Translations under genes and position numbers: made by a program
Shown: in pieces, positions 26,050-36,600 of the stretch
Layout: each line of letters starts with the position of its first letter
Numbering within the stretch: position 1 is the stretch's first letter
Assembly: GCA_029555085.1 (NCBI GenBank)
Contig: JAKPTO010000026.1
Location: forward strand, 37,217 to 101,216
Direction of reading: 5' to 3'
Source of the DNA: a bacterium
GTDB lineage: Bacteria; Patescibacteriota; Patescibacteriia; UBA1558; S5-K13
DNA: 64,000 nt
Notes under the pieces: generated by a model
Told to the model about the DNA's origin: nothing
The model's input: only the letters and a program-made list of their open reading frames with translations
Databases searched by the model: none

Positions 26050-27303
26050 ATGTTTAATTTTCTAAAACAATGCGCCAAACTAGCTATTAATTCACTTCTA
26101 GCTAATAAGACAAGAAGTTTTTTGACTATGCTTGGAATTATAATTGGGGTGTCTGCCGTTATAATTATTACTTCAATTGGAAGCGGTGCTCAAGATTTAA
26201 TTCTCTCTGAAATTAAAATACTTGGAACTGATACTATAAGCATTATGCCTGGCAAAGCAGAAGAAAATGGACCACCAGCTTCTGTCATGGGGATAATAAT
26301 TACAACCCTAACATACGAAGATGCAAAGGCGCTTCTCGAGAAAAAAAATTCTCAGCACATTATTAATGTTGCTGCTTACTCAAACACAAATGCGAATGTT
26401 TCCTGGGGTTCCCAGAGTTCAAACTTTGATATAATAGGAACAAATGTAGGTCACTTAACAATGAATAATTTTAATGTCGAAAGTGGGAGATTTTTTACAA
26501 TCGACGAGGAGAGTAATTTGGCAAAAATAGCAGTTTTGGGTAGTCAAGCGAAAGAAGATTTATTTGGGGATTCTGATGCTATAGGAGAAAAAATAAAAAT
26601 TAAAAAACAGGTCTTTGAGGTAATAGGGATACTAGAAGAAAAAGGAACAGTTGCTTTTCAAAATTATGATGACAAAATTTTTATTCCTATAAAAACAATG
26701 CAAAAATTAATTGTTTCCTCAGATGCTGTTGGGATTATAAGAGCAAAAGTAGACAACGAGAAAAATCTTCCTCTTGCTATAAAAGATGCTGAAACTACAC
26801 TTCGCGAAAGACATGATATAAGAGATAATTCTGGAGAGGATGATGATTTTACTGTTAGTAGTCCCGCAGAAGCACTTGAGGCGATTGAAACTGTTACGGG
26901 TGCTTTAAAATTTTTCTTAGCTGCGATGGGGGCAATTTCACTTATTGTGGGTGGAATTGGAATTATGAATATAATGCTTGTAAATGTCAGCGAACGCACA
27001 AATGAAATAGGTCTTAGAAAAGCAATCGGAGCAAAAAATAACAATATCTTAGTTCAATTTTTAATAGAATCAACAATAATAACACTTTCTGGTGGAATTA
27101 TAGGAATAATATTTGGGATACTTGTTTCTCTGCTTGTTAGTGTTATTGCTCAAGCACTAGATTATAATTGGGGATTCCATGTTTCAATGCTCTCAATAAT
27201 TATGGGAATTATTGTTTCAAGCTCTATAGGAATAATTTTTGGACTATACCCAGCGAAAAAAGCTAGTAAACTTGATCCAATAGAAGCATTAAGATATGAA
27301 TAA
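26050..27303 (+). CDS. ABC transporter permease, FtsX/MacB-type
   Basis: N-terminal TM helix, periplasmic domain of about 220 aa, C-terminal FtsX 3-TM bundle (NIMLVNVSERTNEIGLRKAIGA). Confidence 0.75.
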   Translation: MFNFLKQCAKLAINSLLANKTRSFLTMLGIIIGVSAVIIITSIGSGAQDLILSEIKILGTDTISIMPGKAEENGPPASVMGIIITTLTYEDAKALLEKKNSQHIINVAAYSNTNANVSWGSQSSNFDIIGTNVGHLTMNNFNVESGRFFTIDEESNLAKIAVLGSQAKEDLFGDSDAIGEKIKIKKQVFEVIGILEEKGTVAFQNYDDKIFIPIKTMQKLIVSSDAVGIIRAKVDNEKNLPLAIKDAETTLRERHDIRDNSGEDDDFTVSSPAEALEAIETVTGALKFFLAAMGAISLIVGGIGIMNIMLVNVSERTNEIGLRKAIGAKNNNILVQFLIESTIITLSGGIIGIIFGILVSLLVSVIAQALDYNWGFHVSMLSIIMGIIVSSSIGIIFGLYPAKKASKLDPIEALRYE

Positions 27304-28582
27304 TATGATAAGAATAAAAAATTCAATAAAACTCGCTATTAATTCAATGAAAACAAATAAGGGAAGAACTCTTCTTACTATTTTAGGTATGGTAATTGGT
27401 GTAATGAGTATTGTTGTGGTTTTTTCAGCTGGAGAGGGATTAAAGAAATTAATCATAAAACAAATTGAATCCTTCGGTACTGATATTATTGAAATTGAAA
27501 CAAGAATCCCTGTGGGGAAAAATAAAATGGGCAATGAATCACATGAATCAGCCATGAGTATGGCTCAAGGAGTTCGAATAACAACACTAACATTAAAAGA
27601 TGTAGAAGATATAAAAAAAATACCAAATATAGATGGCGGTTATGGTGCGTTAATGGGGCAAGAACTCGCAACCTATGGTAGTAAAAGAAAAAAAGCGTCT
27701 CTTTTTGGAGTTAGTGCTGATTTTATAAACATTGATAAAAGTGAAATAAATAAAGGTAGATTTTTTACCAATGCAGAAGATGAGTCGCTCACAAAGGTTG
27801 TAGTACTAGGCGCTGGAATAAAAGAAGATTTGTTTGGTGACTCAGATGCAATAGGAAATTATATAAATTTAGGAAAATCAAAATACAGAGTAATTGGAAT
27901 AATGAAAGAAAAAGGAGCTGCCATGGGAATGGACTTTAACAGATATATATATCTTCCCGTGCAAACTCTTCAAAAAAAAATCATGGGGATAGATTATTTA
28001 ATGTATACTATATATAAATTAAAAAACTCTGAAATCACAGATGAAACAGTAAAAGAAGTAAAAATTATCTTAAGAGAAAATCATGATATAAATAATCCCG
28101 ACGATATAGTGGGTGTAGATGATTTTACTGTTGTAACAATGGAAGAAATGATGAAAACCGTCAATAGTATTACAAAATATGTAACCGGCTTACTTCTTGC
28201 AATAGTAATAGTTTCTCTTGTGGTTGGTGGTGTGGGGATTATGAATATAATGTATGTAATAATAAGCGAAAGGACATTTGAAATTGGCCTTAGAAAAGCA
28301 CTAGGAGCAAAAAATAAAGATATTATGTGGCAATTTCTCATGGAAGCAATAATAATATCAATTCTAGGGGCAATTTTAGGTATTATTCTAGGTATTCTAC
28401 TATCACTACTTATAACTTTTGCTGCAAATGCTTATGGTCTTTCCTCGAGTTTTAAAATACCCATTTACGCTCTTTTCATATCTCTAATATTTGCGGTTTC
28501 CACTGGTCTTTTATTTGGTGTTTTTCCTGCAAAAAAAGCTGCGGAACTTAATCCAATAACAGCTCTTAGAAATAAAAATTAA
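27296..28582 (+). CDS. ABC transporter permease, FtsX/MacB-type (second paralog)
   Basis: Same architecture as the previous gene (NIMYVIISERTFEIGLRKALGA). The start overlaps the upstream gene. Confidence 0.75.
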   Translation: MNNMIRIKNSIKLAINSMKTNKGRTLLTILGMVIGVMSIVVVFSAGEGLKKLIIKQIESFGTDIIEIETRIPVGKNKMGNESHESAMSMAQGVRITTLTLKDVEDIKKIPNIDGGYGALMGQELATYGSKRKKASLFGVSADFINIDKSEINKGRFFTNAEDESLTKVVVLGAGIKEDLFGDSDAIGNYINLGKSKYRVIGIMKEKGAAMGMDFNRYIYLPVQTLQKKIMGIDYLMYTIYKLKNSEITDETVKEVKIILRENHDINNPDDIVGVDDFTVVTMEEMMKTVNSITKYVTGLLLAIVIVSLVVGGVGIMNIMYVIISERTFEIGLRKALGAKNKDIMWQFLMEAIIISILGAILGIILGILLSLLITFAANAYGLSSSFKIPIYALFISLIFAVSTGLLFGVFPAKKAAELNPITALRNKN

Positions 28583-28611
28583 CCTATGGGCAAGCTCGAA
28601 GGTTGAAAAAA

Positions 28612-29508
28612 TTATTTATACATTTCATCAACCCATTCACCAATTTTTACAACTGCATCTTCACTGTCACTTCTTTTATAAACCGACAAAACCGCAACAC
28701 AAATTTTCTTTTTCATGGGAGTTATATAACCAGCTGTAACATGAAATCTTGTTTCATTCAAAAAACCAGTTTTAGCTCCAAAATAATTCTGGGGATTATT
28801 TCTTAAATCATATACAGTGTGTTTTAAATTTATTTGTCTCCCCTCTCTTGTTGTGAAAGTATATTGTGGCTTGGAAGAATACTCGCTTATGTTTTCATTT
28901 GAAAATGCATGACATGTTACTATTGCCATGTCGCGAGCACTTGTTAAATTTTTCATTGACAATCCCGATGGATCGTCAATTAATGTTTTTGTAAGTCCCC
29001 ACTCGCTTGCAATTTTTCCCATATTTTCTAAAAATTGAGTTTTTGAAATTTCTGTAATTTTTGATAATTTATTTGCAGAATTATTTGCTGAAGCAATTAA
29101 AGTCGAAGCAAAAATATCTTTTATTTTTATTCTTTCTGTTGATTTTAATTTCAGAGTTACAAAAGAATCCCTTGGTCCAACATATTGCCTAAGATCTCCT
29201 TCGCTGTCTTGCCATGTTAAATTATAAGTTTTATTCCATAATGGAAAATGTTTTACAAACTCACTTGCGGTTATTAATTTCATCAAACTTGCGCTTGGCA
29301 TCTGACGCTCTTCTTGATGAAAATATAGCGGTTTCAAAGTTTCATATTCTATAACAGCTGCAGAAATATATGGAACATCTTTTCCGGTTTTCTCTTTATA
29401 CCAATTTGTAAAATCAACATAATTATCTTTTTTCTCTAAAGCAAAACAATTTGCAGGAATTGCAACTATTAAAATAAATAAAAAAATGATTAAAAATTTA
29501 TTTCGCAT
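28612..29508 (-). CDS. D-alanyl-D-alanine carboxypeptidase (serine peptidase S11, PBP5-like)
   Basis: Signal peptide, SxxK motif (PSASLMK), and beta-lactamase/transpeptidase-like fold pattern. Confidence 0.55.
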   Translation of the reverse strand: MRNKFLIIFLFILIVAIPANCFALEKKDNYVDFTNWYKEKTGKDVPYISAAVIEYETLKPLYFHQEERQMPSASLMKLITASEFVKHFPLWNKTYNLTWQDSEGDLRQYVGPRDSFVTLKLKSTERIKIKDIFASTLIASANNSANKLSKITEISKTQFLENMGKIASEWGLTKTLIDDPSGLSMKNLTSARDMAIVTCHAFSNENISEYSSKPQYTFTTREGRQINLKHTVYDLRNNPQNYFGAKTGFLNETRFHVTAGYITPMKKKICVAVLSVYKRSDSEDAVVKIGEWVDEMYK

Positions 29509-29719
29509 AAAACAATTATATCACAAAAATATTCTTTAGAAAATTATTATAAATCTTCACATCCTGAACCATTCCAAAATATCCACTGTATTTAAATTAT
29601 CCTCTCTTACAACTCACCCATTCAAAACAAAAATTAATCCTAAAAATAAAATTAATTTTTTCATATTATTTATTTTATTTACTTTTTATTATTATTTTTA
29701 ATATATTCCTCCAATACTT

Positions 29720-30016
29720 TTATATGCTCCCCCCTATCGCATAAACGAACATTTCACTTTGCTTCTTAACAACATATCGCATAAGCACAAATCCAAATCC
29801 ACTAGTAATGGTAATGGTCATATTAAGAAATTTCTTATTGTCAAAAATAAGAAAAGAAAATATTCCCCAAAATATTCCTAATTTAAAAATAAAAGAGAGG
29901 AAACGCGGAAACATTTTCATGAAAAATTGATAAATATTTAGAACAATCAATACTGGTTTTTCTATGGGCAGATATTTAAATATCTCTAAAAAATTATCTT
30001 TTTCAACTTGATTCAT
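29720..30016 (-). CDS. Small membrane protein, hypothetical
   Basis: 98 aa with two or three hydrophobic helices. Confidence 0.3.
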   Translation of the reverse strand: MNQVEKDNFLEIFKYLPIEKPVLIVLNIYQFFMKMFPRFLSFIFKLGIFWGIFSFLIFDNKKFLNMTITITSGFGFVLMRYVVKKQSEMFVYAIGGSI

Positions 30017-30107
30017 TTAAATTAGCTATATTATTTATTTGAATTATCTTGATTTAATTATATCAATAATTTTAAGAAAATACATTATCCTCTTGTCATG
30101 TTTCATA

Positions 30108-30148
30108 GTGGGGAAAATAAAAGCTCTCTGAAAATTTTTCAGAGAGCT
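30108..30148 (-). terminator. Rho-independent terminator (13-bp stem agctctctgaaaa/ttttcagagagct)
   Basis: Perfect palindrome immediately downstream of the M23-peptidase gene stop, followed on the minus strand by a T-rich tract. Confidence 0.6.
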
Positions 30149-30154
30149 CATGAA

Positions 30155-32746
30155 TTATTTACTAAAAACCAGTTTCTTGTCAAAAGAAAATCCGTTTACA
30201 TTTACCCGACAAATATAAACACCGCTTGAGCAAATTTTTCCTGAATCATCTTTTGAATCCCAGTTAATAGTTGCTGATTTGGATTTTGTGGGGACAAACT
30301 TTTTTACAAGTTGTCCTTTGATGTTATAAATCGAAATTTGAACTTCAGATGGTTCTTTTGTGTCTTCTATATCAAACATTAAGCTTACTGTGGAGTTAAA
30401 TGGATTTGGAAATATTTCAAATTTCTTTTTTAATAAATTCACTGTTTGACTTGGTGCGAGTATAAGTGACACATCATCAATCCAAACAGGAACATCTTGT
30501 TCTCCCAAATTCCATGAAATGCGTGCAATTCCAGAACTTGTGGCAGTAAAGCTCATTGTATAATTTTGCCAATCAGTTCCAGTGCTCACAACTTGCCATA
30601 GGCCAAAATTATTCCAGGGAGAATTTTCATTATATAACTCTACCTGGATTTGTCTTTGTGAGGTAGATTTCGCCCAGAAAGACAAAGTATAATTTTGACC
30701 CGATACAATGTTTAAATTCTGGTACAATTGAACCTCGAAGTGCAAACCATTTTGATTGGGATCAATAAATATTGAGTTATTCCCTGAATGGTAAATAGAA
30801 TTATCAATATAATAACTCGCTGTGGAATTGAGATCGCCAACCTCAAATGGTGCAAAATTTCCTGTTTCAAAACCAGGATTTATTATTAAATTATCTCCTT
30901 CTGTTTCCATATCAGATATTTTTTCAAAAACAACATTATCAAAATATTTACAACCAGCTGACTCGCCAATCATAAAATTCAAACGCGCTAATTGATCAGT
31001 TGTATTTGCTATAAAAATATACTGATATTTTTTCCAAGTTGAAGTGAGATTAATCTCTTTCCATAGACCATAATTATTCCATGGATCATTGTTGTTTTGT
31101 ATGCAAAATTTAATTCCCGATGCAGGATTGGATTTTGCCCAAAAAGAAACATTATATGACTCGCCTGATTCAATTTCAACAAGTTGCATAAGTTCTTCTT
31201 CGTAAAATAATCCGGAATCACCAATATTGATTTCTGCTTTAAAGTTTCCATCAACGCAATCACCGGATGTTATATCGAAACTTGCGCTATTTCTACTGTC
31301 ATTTAAAATCCAATAATTACAAATTCCAGAATCAAATCCACCGTCTTCGAAGTCACCACCCTGATAATCAACCATTCCACCACCAGCAAAATATTGAATA
31401 TTTTCTCCGGATTGAAATGAATTAACATCGCTATCGGAAACTTCTAAAACATTAGCAAAATTAAACCCATAGGTATTGAAGGTTGATTCGTCTATAATGA
31501 GACGACGCAATCCATTTTCTATATAATAACAAGCTGGACCTGGACCAGAAATTAATTTTCCATCCATGATTTTTTCATAGCTTACAAATGGCGCAATCTG
31601 ATAATAATTTAAAACATTTTGAGTAACTACTATATTAAAATTTGAATGATAATAGTTAATCATATAAACATTGTCAGAAAGCAATCTCAGAAGAATCTTT
31701 TGTCCAGTGTATGAAGAAGAAACTTCAATCCCTCGTTTAATAACATATCGTTCGTTCATGTTATTTACATTTTGCAATACTGTTCCGTATGGATAATCGC
31801 TTGAAGATGTAAGTTCAGATCCTTCCGCAAATTGAGATAAATATGAACTTGTTGTTGGAATCCAAACATCCGCAGAGTATCCTAATTGTTGCCAATTATT
31901 TACCCTTCGCTTCACAATTGTCGTAGAATTGTTTGACTGATAATCAAATACCCATCTCTGAGAATTCTCATCATAAACACAAGTTCCAACTTTTGGACTA
32001 ATATCAGGACCAATTGAAAATGAATTGAATTCTTCTTGACTAATTTCAACTGCATCAGACCAGTCAAATCCCCAAGTATAAAAAGGTGTCTCACTAGTAA
32101 ATCGTTGCATTTGCCTGTCACGAATCCAATAATAATTTGGAGTATTAGTTACATGAACCAATAAATCATCTGGTAGAATTCTTGGTTGTGAAACAACAAT
32201 GCCTGGGAGTGATGGCGGGTTTGATACGAAATAATGTTTATCTGGATTACAACCATTATTATATTGTTGTGTGTTGTTACTATACCAACCATAGGGATCA
32301 ATTGGTTCATTATTATAGTAAACACCAAAGTGAAGGTGAGGGTTGGTTGAATAACCAGTGTCACCCACCTTTCCTATAAATTGTCCTTGGTAAACAAATT
32401 CTCCGACAGAAACAGTTGCAGTATGGTAAAGCATGTGCGCGTATATTGTTTTGTAACCATTTCCATGGTCTATTTTCACATAATTACCATAATCCGTTCC
32501 TGTTCCATCTGGAATATCTCTTTGCACCGCAATAACCTGTCCACCATAAGCAGAAAGAATTCTTGTTCCCTCTACTGCGGAATAATCAATTCCGTAATTA
32601 TAGTTATAACTATAACTAGGTGGATATTGCCAACCAGATGAAATTATAAAATTTCCTTCAATGGGGAGTGTGAATATATGATCCACACCGAACAAATAAC
32701 CACAACACATTGTGATTATTACTAGAATTGTCATGAGAGTTTTCAT
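30155..32746 (-). CDS. Secreted peptidase M23 (LytM-type) with carbohydrate-binding-module-like domains and a T9SS-type C-terminal sorting domain
   Basis: Signal peptide. M23 motifs: HxxxD region and HLHFGVYY (HxH). CBM4/9-like segments. C-terminal roughly 85 aa IFPNPFNSTVSLMF...ISIYNIKGQLV...INWDSKDDSGKICSSGVYICRV...KKLVFSK matches the Por_Secre_tail pattern. Confidence 0.65.
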   Translation of the reverse strand: MKTLMTILVIITMCCGYLFGVDHIFTLPIEGNFIISSGWQYPPSYSYNYNYGIDYSAVEGTRILSAYGGQVIAVQRDIPDGTGTDYGNYVKIDHGNGYKTIYAHMLYHTATVSVGEFVYQGQFIGKVGDTGYSTNPHLHFGVYYNNEPIDPYGWYSNNTQQYNNGCNPDKHYFVSNPPSLPGIVVSQPRILPDDLLVHVTNTPNYYWIRDRQMQRFTSETPFYTWGFDWSDAVEISQEEFNSFSIGPDISPKVGTCVYDENSQRWVFDYQSNNSTTIVKRRVNNWQQLGYSADVWIPTTSSYLSQFAEGSELTSSSDYPYGTVLQNVNNMNERYVIKRGIEVSSSYTGQKILLRLLSDNVYMINYYHSNFNIVVTQNVLNYYQIAPFVSYEKIMDGKLISGPGPACYYIENGLRRLIIDESTFNTYGFNFANVLEVSDSDVNSFQSGENIQYFAGGGMVDYQGGDFEDGGFDSGICNYWILNDSRNSASFDITSGDCVDGNFKAEINIGDSGLFYEEELMQLVEIESGESYNVSFWAKSNPASGIKFCIQNNNDPWNNYGLWKEINLTSTWKKYQYIFIANTTDQLARLNFMIGESAGCKYFDNVVFEKISDMETEGDNLIINPGFETGNFAPFEVGDLNSTASYYIDNSIYHSGNNSIFIDPNQNGLHFEVQLYQNLNIVSGQNYTLSFWAKSTSQRQIQVELYNENSPWNNFGLWQVVSTGTDWQNYTMSFTATSSGIARISWNLGEQDVPVWIDDVSLILAPSQTVNLLKKKFEIFPNPFNSTVSLMFDIEDTKEPSEVQISIYNIKGQLVKKFVPTKSKSATINWDSKDDSGKICSSGVYICRVNVNGFSFDKKLVFSK

Positions 32747-32934
32747 TTTTACCTCCTATGAAAATTTCTCAATTTCTTTAAAAATGTTTCGAGAATAAAA
32801 AATCGCCAAAAAAATCTGATAAATCAAATTAAGTTTGGCGACCCTGATTTTGAAATTATAAAAACCCAAGTCTCTTGTTAAAATTTAACAAGAATTAATA
32901 AATCGCTTTTCCTCGCTTTTATTTAATTGTTAAT

Positions 32935-33480
32935 CTACTTATTTATTAAAAAATCTTTAAATATACCCAAACTACCCACTCTAAATAAACCTATATTTTC
33001 TACTGTTTCGCAACCAACCATCACTGGGGCATATTCGTCTCTACATGTGCTAGCTCTACAATTATCACCTGCATATTTATACTCTACAAACATATTTTGC
33101 TTTATTAGTTGCTCTGTTAATGCAAACGGGAAAACACTACTAACAGAATAAATACCTCTTGGAACCTCTAATCTGTAACCTTTTTTATTTCTATATTTAG
33201 AATTAATTACTTGATTAGGTGTGCAATAATAATTATTTGTTTCTATATTTTTCGCGCAAACCAAAGATCCATCTGGAACAATTTCTGATGGATAGCTTAA
33301 TTCTCCCTCAATTGCCCCCATACAATTTTCTGATTGTATTTTTGTTGCTTCTCTTTCATCTGAAATACTCTGTGTATTGTTTATAATATTTTCTTGATTT
33401 TTACTATCATAAATTACAATATATATAACAAGTGATATAAATAGTATTATTGAAATAATTATTAATATTTTTTTCCACAT
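32935..33480 (-). CDS. Secreted cysteine-rich small protein, hypothetical
   Basis: Signal/anchor helix, then 8 Cys residues in about 130 aa. Confidence 0.35.
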   Translation of the reverse strand: MWKKILIIISIILFISLVIYIVIYDSKNQENIINNTQSISDEREATKIQSENCMGAIEGELSYPSEIVPDGSLVCAKNIETNNYYCTPNQVINSKYRNKKGYRLEVPRGIYSVSSVFPFALTEQLIKQNMFVEYKYAGDNCRASTCRDEYAPVMVGCETVENIGLFRVGSLGIFKDFLINK

Positions 33481-33575
33481 AAATTTATTTAATTTTATTA
33501 ATTATAAATTAAAAATACTTTTATAAATTAAAGATACTTCGATTTTTAAAAAATGTAAATACCAATTATTAACAT

Positions 33576-33608
33576 AAAAAAAGGCGTCGTATTACTACGA
33601 CGCCTTTT
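33576..33608 (-). terminator. Rho-independent terminator (stem ggcgtcgta/tacgacgcc), bidirectional
   Basis: GC-rich 9-bp stem flanked by an A7 run and a T4 run, 27 bp downstream of the 1707-aa gene stop. Confidence 0.65.
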
Positions 33609-33634
33609 AGATTTTAATAAAAATAACCAAATTT

Positions 33635-36600
33635 TTATTTTTTATATAAAGTGGAAACAAATCTTTGCATTCTGTCATTCAATACATCTAAAGCAATTCT
33701 TGTACTTTCTGGTGCGTTTTTTGGTATGCTCTTTAATGTGAGTTCCCAAAATTTTATCTCAAAATTATTTAACTTACTACTACCTGTTCTTTCCAGCTTT
33801 ATATCGCTTAATAATTTAAATGCTTTATCGTGTACAATGTCTTTATTAGCACTCTCCGTAATTATTCTATATAATTCAGTACCTCGTTCTCGGCTATAAA
33901 AAAATGTTCCAACTGAACTAACATCTGATGTCTGTTTAATAATGGAACCATTTTCATCAAATACTTGTTTAAGTGTTCCGCTTCTTCCCGCCTCCTTAAA
34001 AGTAACGAGCTTTGTATAATCATCGAGCCATTTCTCTGTTATTGTTCCTGTATTTGTTTTTATAATTTCTATATTTGGCTCGGAAATCAATTCTTGAAAA
34101 TTATTCTCTGTAATTTGCTCTAAGCCGGGACTTTGTGGATCAAGATCTGCATAATATTCCCCATGGTCTTTTTGAATTTCCAACACCCGATTATTACCAA
34201 CATTCGTTTCAAATTTAACTGGAATATTGTCTTCAACATCTTTCAATGCCTCTTCCAACTCAGAAAATGTATTAACTCTTTTAACTCCTAGTATCTCTGT
34301 TTGATTTTGAGCTATAGGCACACGATCTAATATATCTTCGACAGGTGTCCGTCCTGATATACCTTTGGTAGGCACATGATCTGGCTCAATAGTCAAATTT
34401 TGAACTGAGGATACTTGGTCTGATATATCTTCTATATTTGACTCAGAAATCAATTCTTGAAAATTATTCTCTGTAATTTGCTCTAAACCAGGGAGATTAG
34501 GATTAAAGTCTGTGTAATATTCTCCATTGTCCTCTATAATCCGTACAACATTACCACCAATTTCTACATCAGCCGAAGCACCTGCCTCTTTAAACTGAAA
34601 TACTTCTTTCAAATCAGAAAAATCCCTAACCACTGGAACCTCTGATGTTTCTATAGGTACATTAGTCAATGTATCTGGGGTGACTTCTATACTTTCTGTA
34701 GGTACATGATCTAACATATCTTCAGTGGGTACATGATCTGGTTTAATAACTGGGATTTCTGTATTACCATTATTAAACTCATCTTGCAACCTCGCTATTT
34801 GAAAATTTAACTCCTCTCCAGTATTTTGCTGTTGTGAAAGTAATTCTCGAGTTGCATTTAGTTCCTCAGATATCTTCGCTTGTATATTGGATGGAATATT
34901 TGGATCATCTAGCATTTCTTCTAATCTGGTAATTGATAATTTTGACTTTATTATATCATCATTTAACTCAAAATATTTACTTTGTAGCTCTTCTATTTGC
35001 TCAGGATAATTTGACTTAACTATATCTTCTACGGGTAGCACTTCTCTTACATTTGTTGGTCTGACAATTTCTGAAACATTAGGACCATGTTTGGGCTTAA
35101 TGACGCCCATTACATTATCTACATAATGTTTGTAAAAACTTTCATAAGACTTGGGTTTGACAAAGGCAAAAACCTCGTTAGTTTCTGGATCAACGACAAC
35201 TCTTGCTCCCGGCGCAACAACATTTGCATCAAAATTTTTAAGAATCAATGGTTCGCCATTAGGTCCAGAAGTAACAAGTGTCATTTTTGAACCACGAGGC
35301 ATGCTTATACCCAAAGTTTCAGAAACACTAGAGCCCTTAGCTACTGGAACGCCTTGATCTGCCAACTCTTGAATACGTTGAGGGTTCAAACCCTTAATAT
35401 CTTGAAAATTAGATACATCTGATTTTTTTGGAGAAAAACTTTGTGATGCCTCATTTATATCATCCGCTCGACTTGTTGAGATAACCTGATCTTTTTTACC
35501 AAAAACAGAGTTCTTCAAATTCTCAAAAGACTTTCCTAATCTCTCCATTCTTGAAACTATATCAGCATAACTTACAAAATTATCTTTCATGTTTTCCAAT
35601 ACATTACCCTGAGTAAATGTTTTGGTAAAACATTGTACCATGTTATCCACACTTGCACCAGATGTTTGTATTCCTGATAAAGCTTGCGTTCCCATACCAA
35701 GAGCCATTAATAATTCCCCCCAAGCTCTCATCATGGTAGTTTTTTTATCAAAACCTTTTAATTTTCTAACATCACTATGTTTTTTTAATTTATCATTTTC
35801 TACATAAAAACTTGATTCATATCGTTTTCCAGATAATCCATAATATGTTTCTAAAAACATTGTTTTAAATGCATCTCCAAGATATTGATGTGCTTTCATT
35901 TTTTCGCCAACCTTATTCCAGGAATATTCCTTTTGATATTTCAATGCTGATTTATCTAATTTTCCACCAAATGCAAATATTCCATACATAGCACCTCGAA
36001 GTCCAGCCGCACCTATCCCGCCACCAAAAACCATAGCCGTATTAAGTGCATCTTTTACAAGTATACTTCCATTTACTGTTCCTTGTATATAATCTTGCAA
36101 AATATAATCTATTTTTTTTGACCTTTGTTTTCTTAAATCATTTTTTGATTCCAAATTCGTAAGTAGAACTTTGTTTAATCTATTTCTCATTGTCATCTGA
36201 TCATGATCAGAAATAATATACAATAACTTTTCTTTATCTGTTAATGAACCTTCGTTAAACTTTTTTTCTATTTCTTGTCTTTTTTCTTTTGGTAAATCAT
36301 AATAATTCTGAGATCTGGCATTCTTTATCATTTCATTATATTGCATTGCTTTTTCTTTTACATCATCTACAGAAATTTTTTCATTTTTTATAAAATTTTC
36401 TCTAATTTTATTATTCTCCATTGAAAGAGTTTTTATTTTACGCTCTAATTCTTCTCTTTCTGTTTCATCTTTTGTGTTTTTATATATCTCTACATATCTA
36501 GATATTGCAGCAACTCTTCTTTTGTAATTATCATCTTGGTAAAGCTTCTGAAATTTTTCCTTATTAGAAGAAATCAACTCTGCTAAATCGCTTGTTTTCT

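Noticed and set aside
23196-28582. Integrated genomic island at tRNA-Asp
   Set aside because: Downstream genes are a conventional HlyD/ABC exporter with host-like composition. No integrase is present. The second att-like copy is only 115 bp away, so at most a scar.
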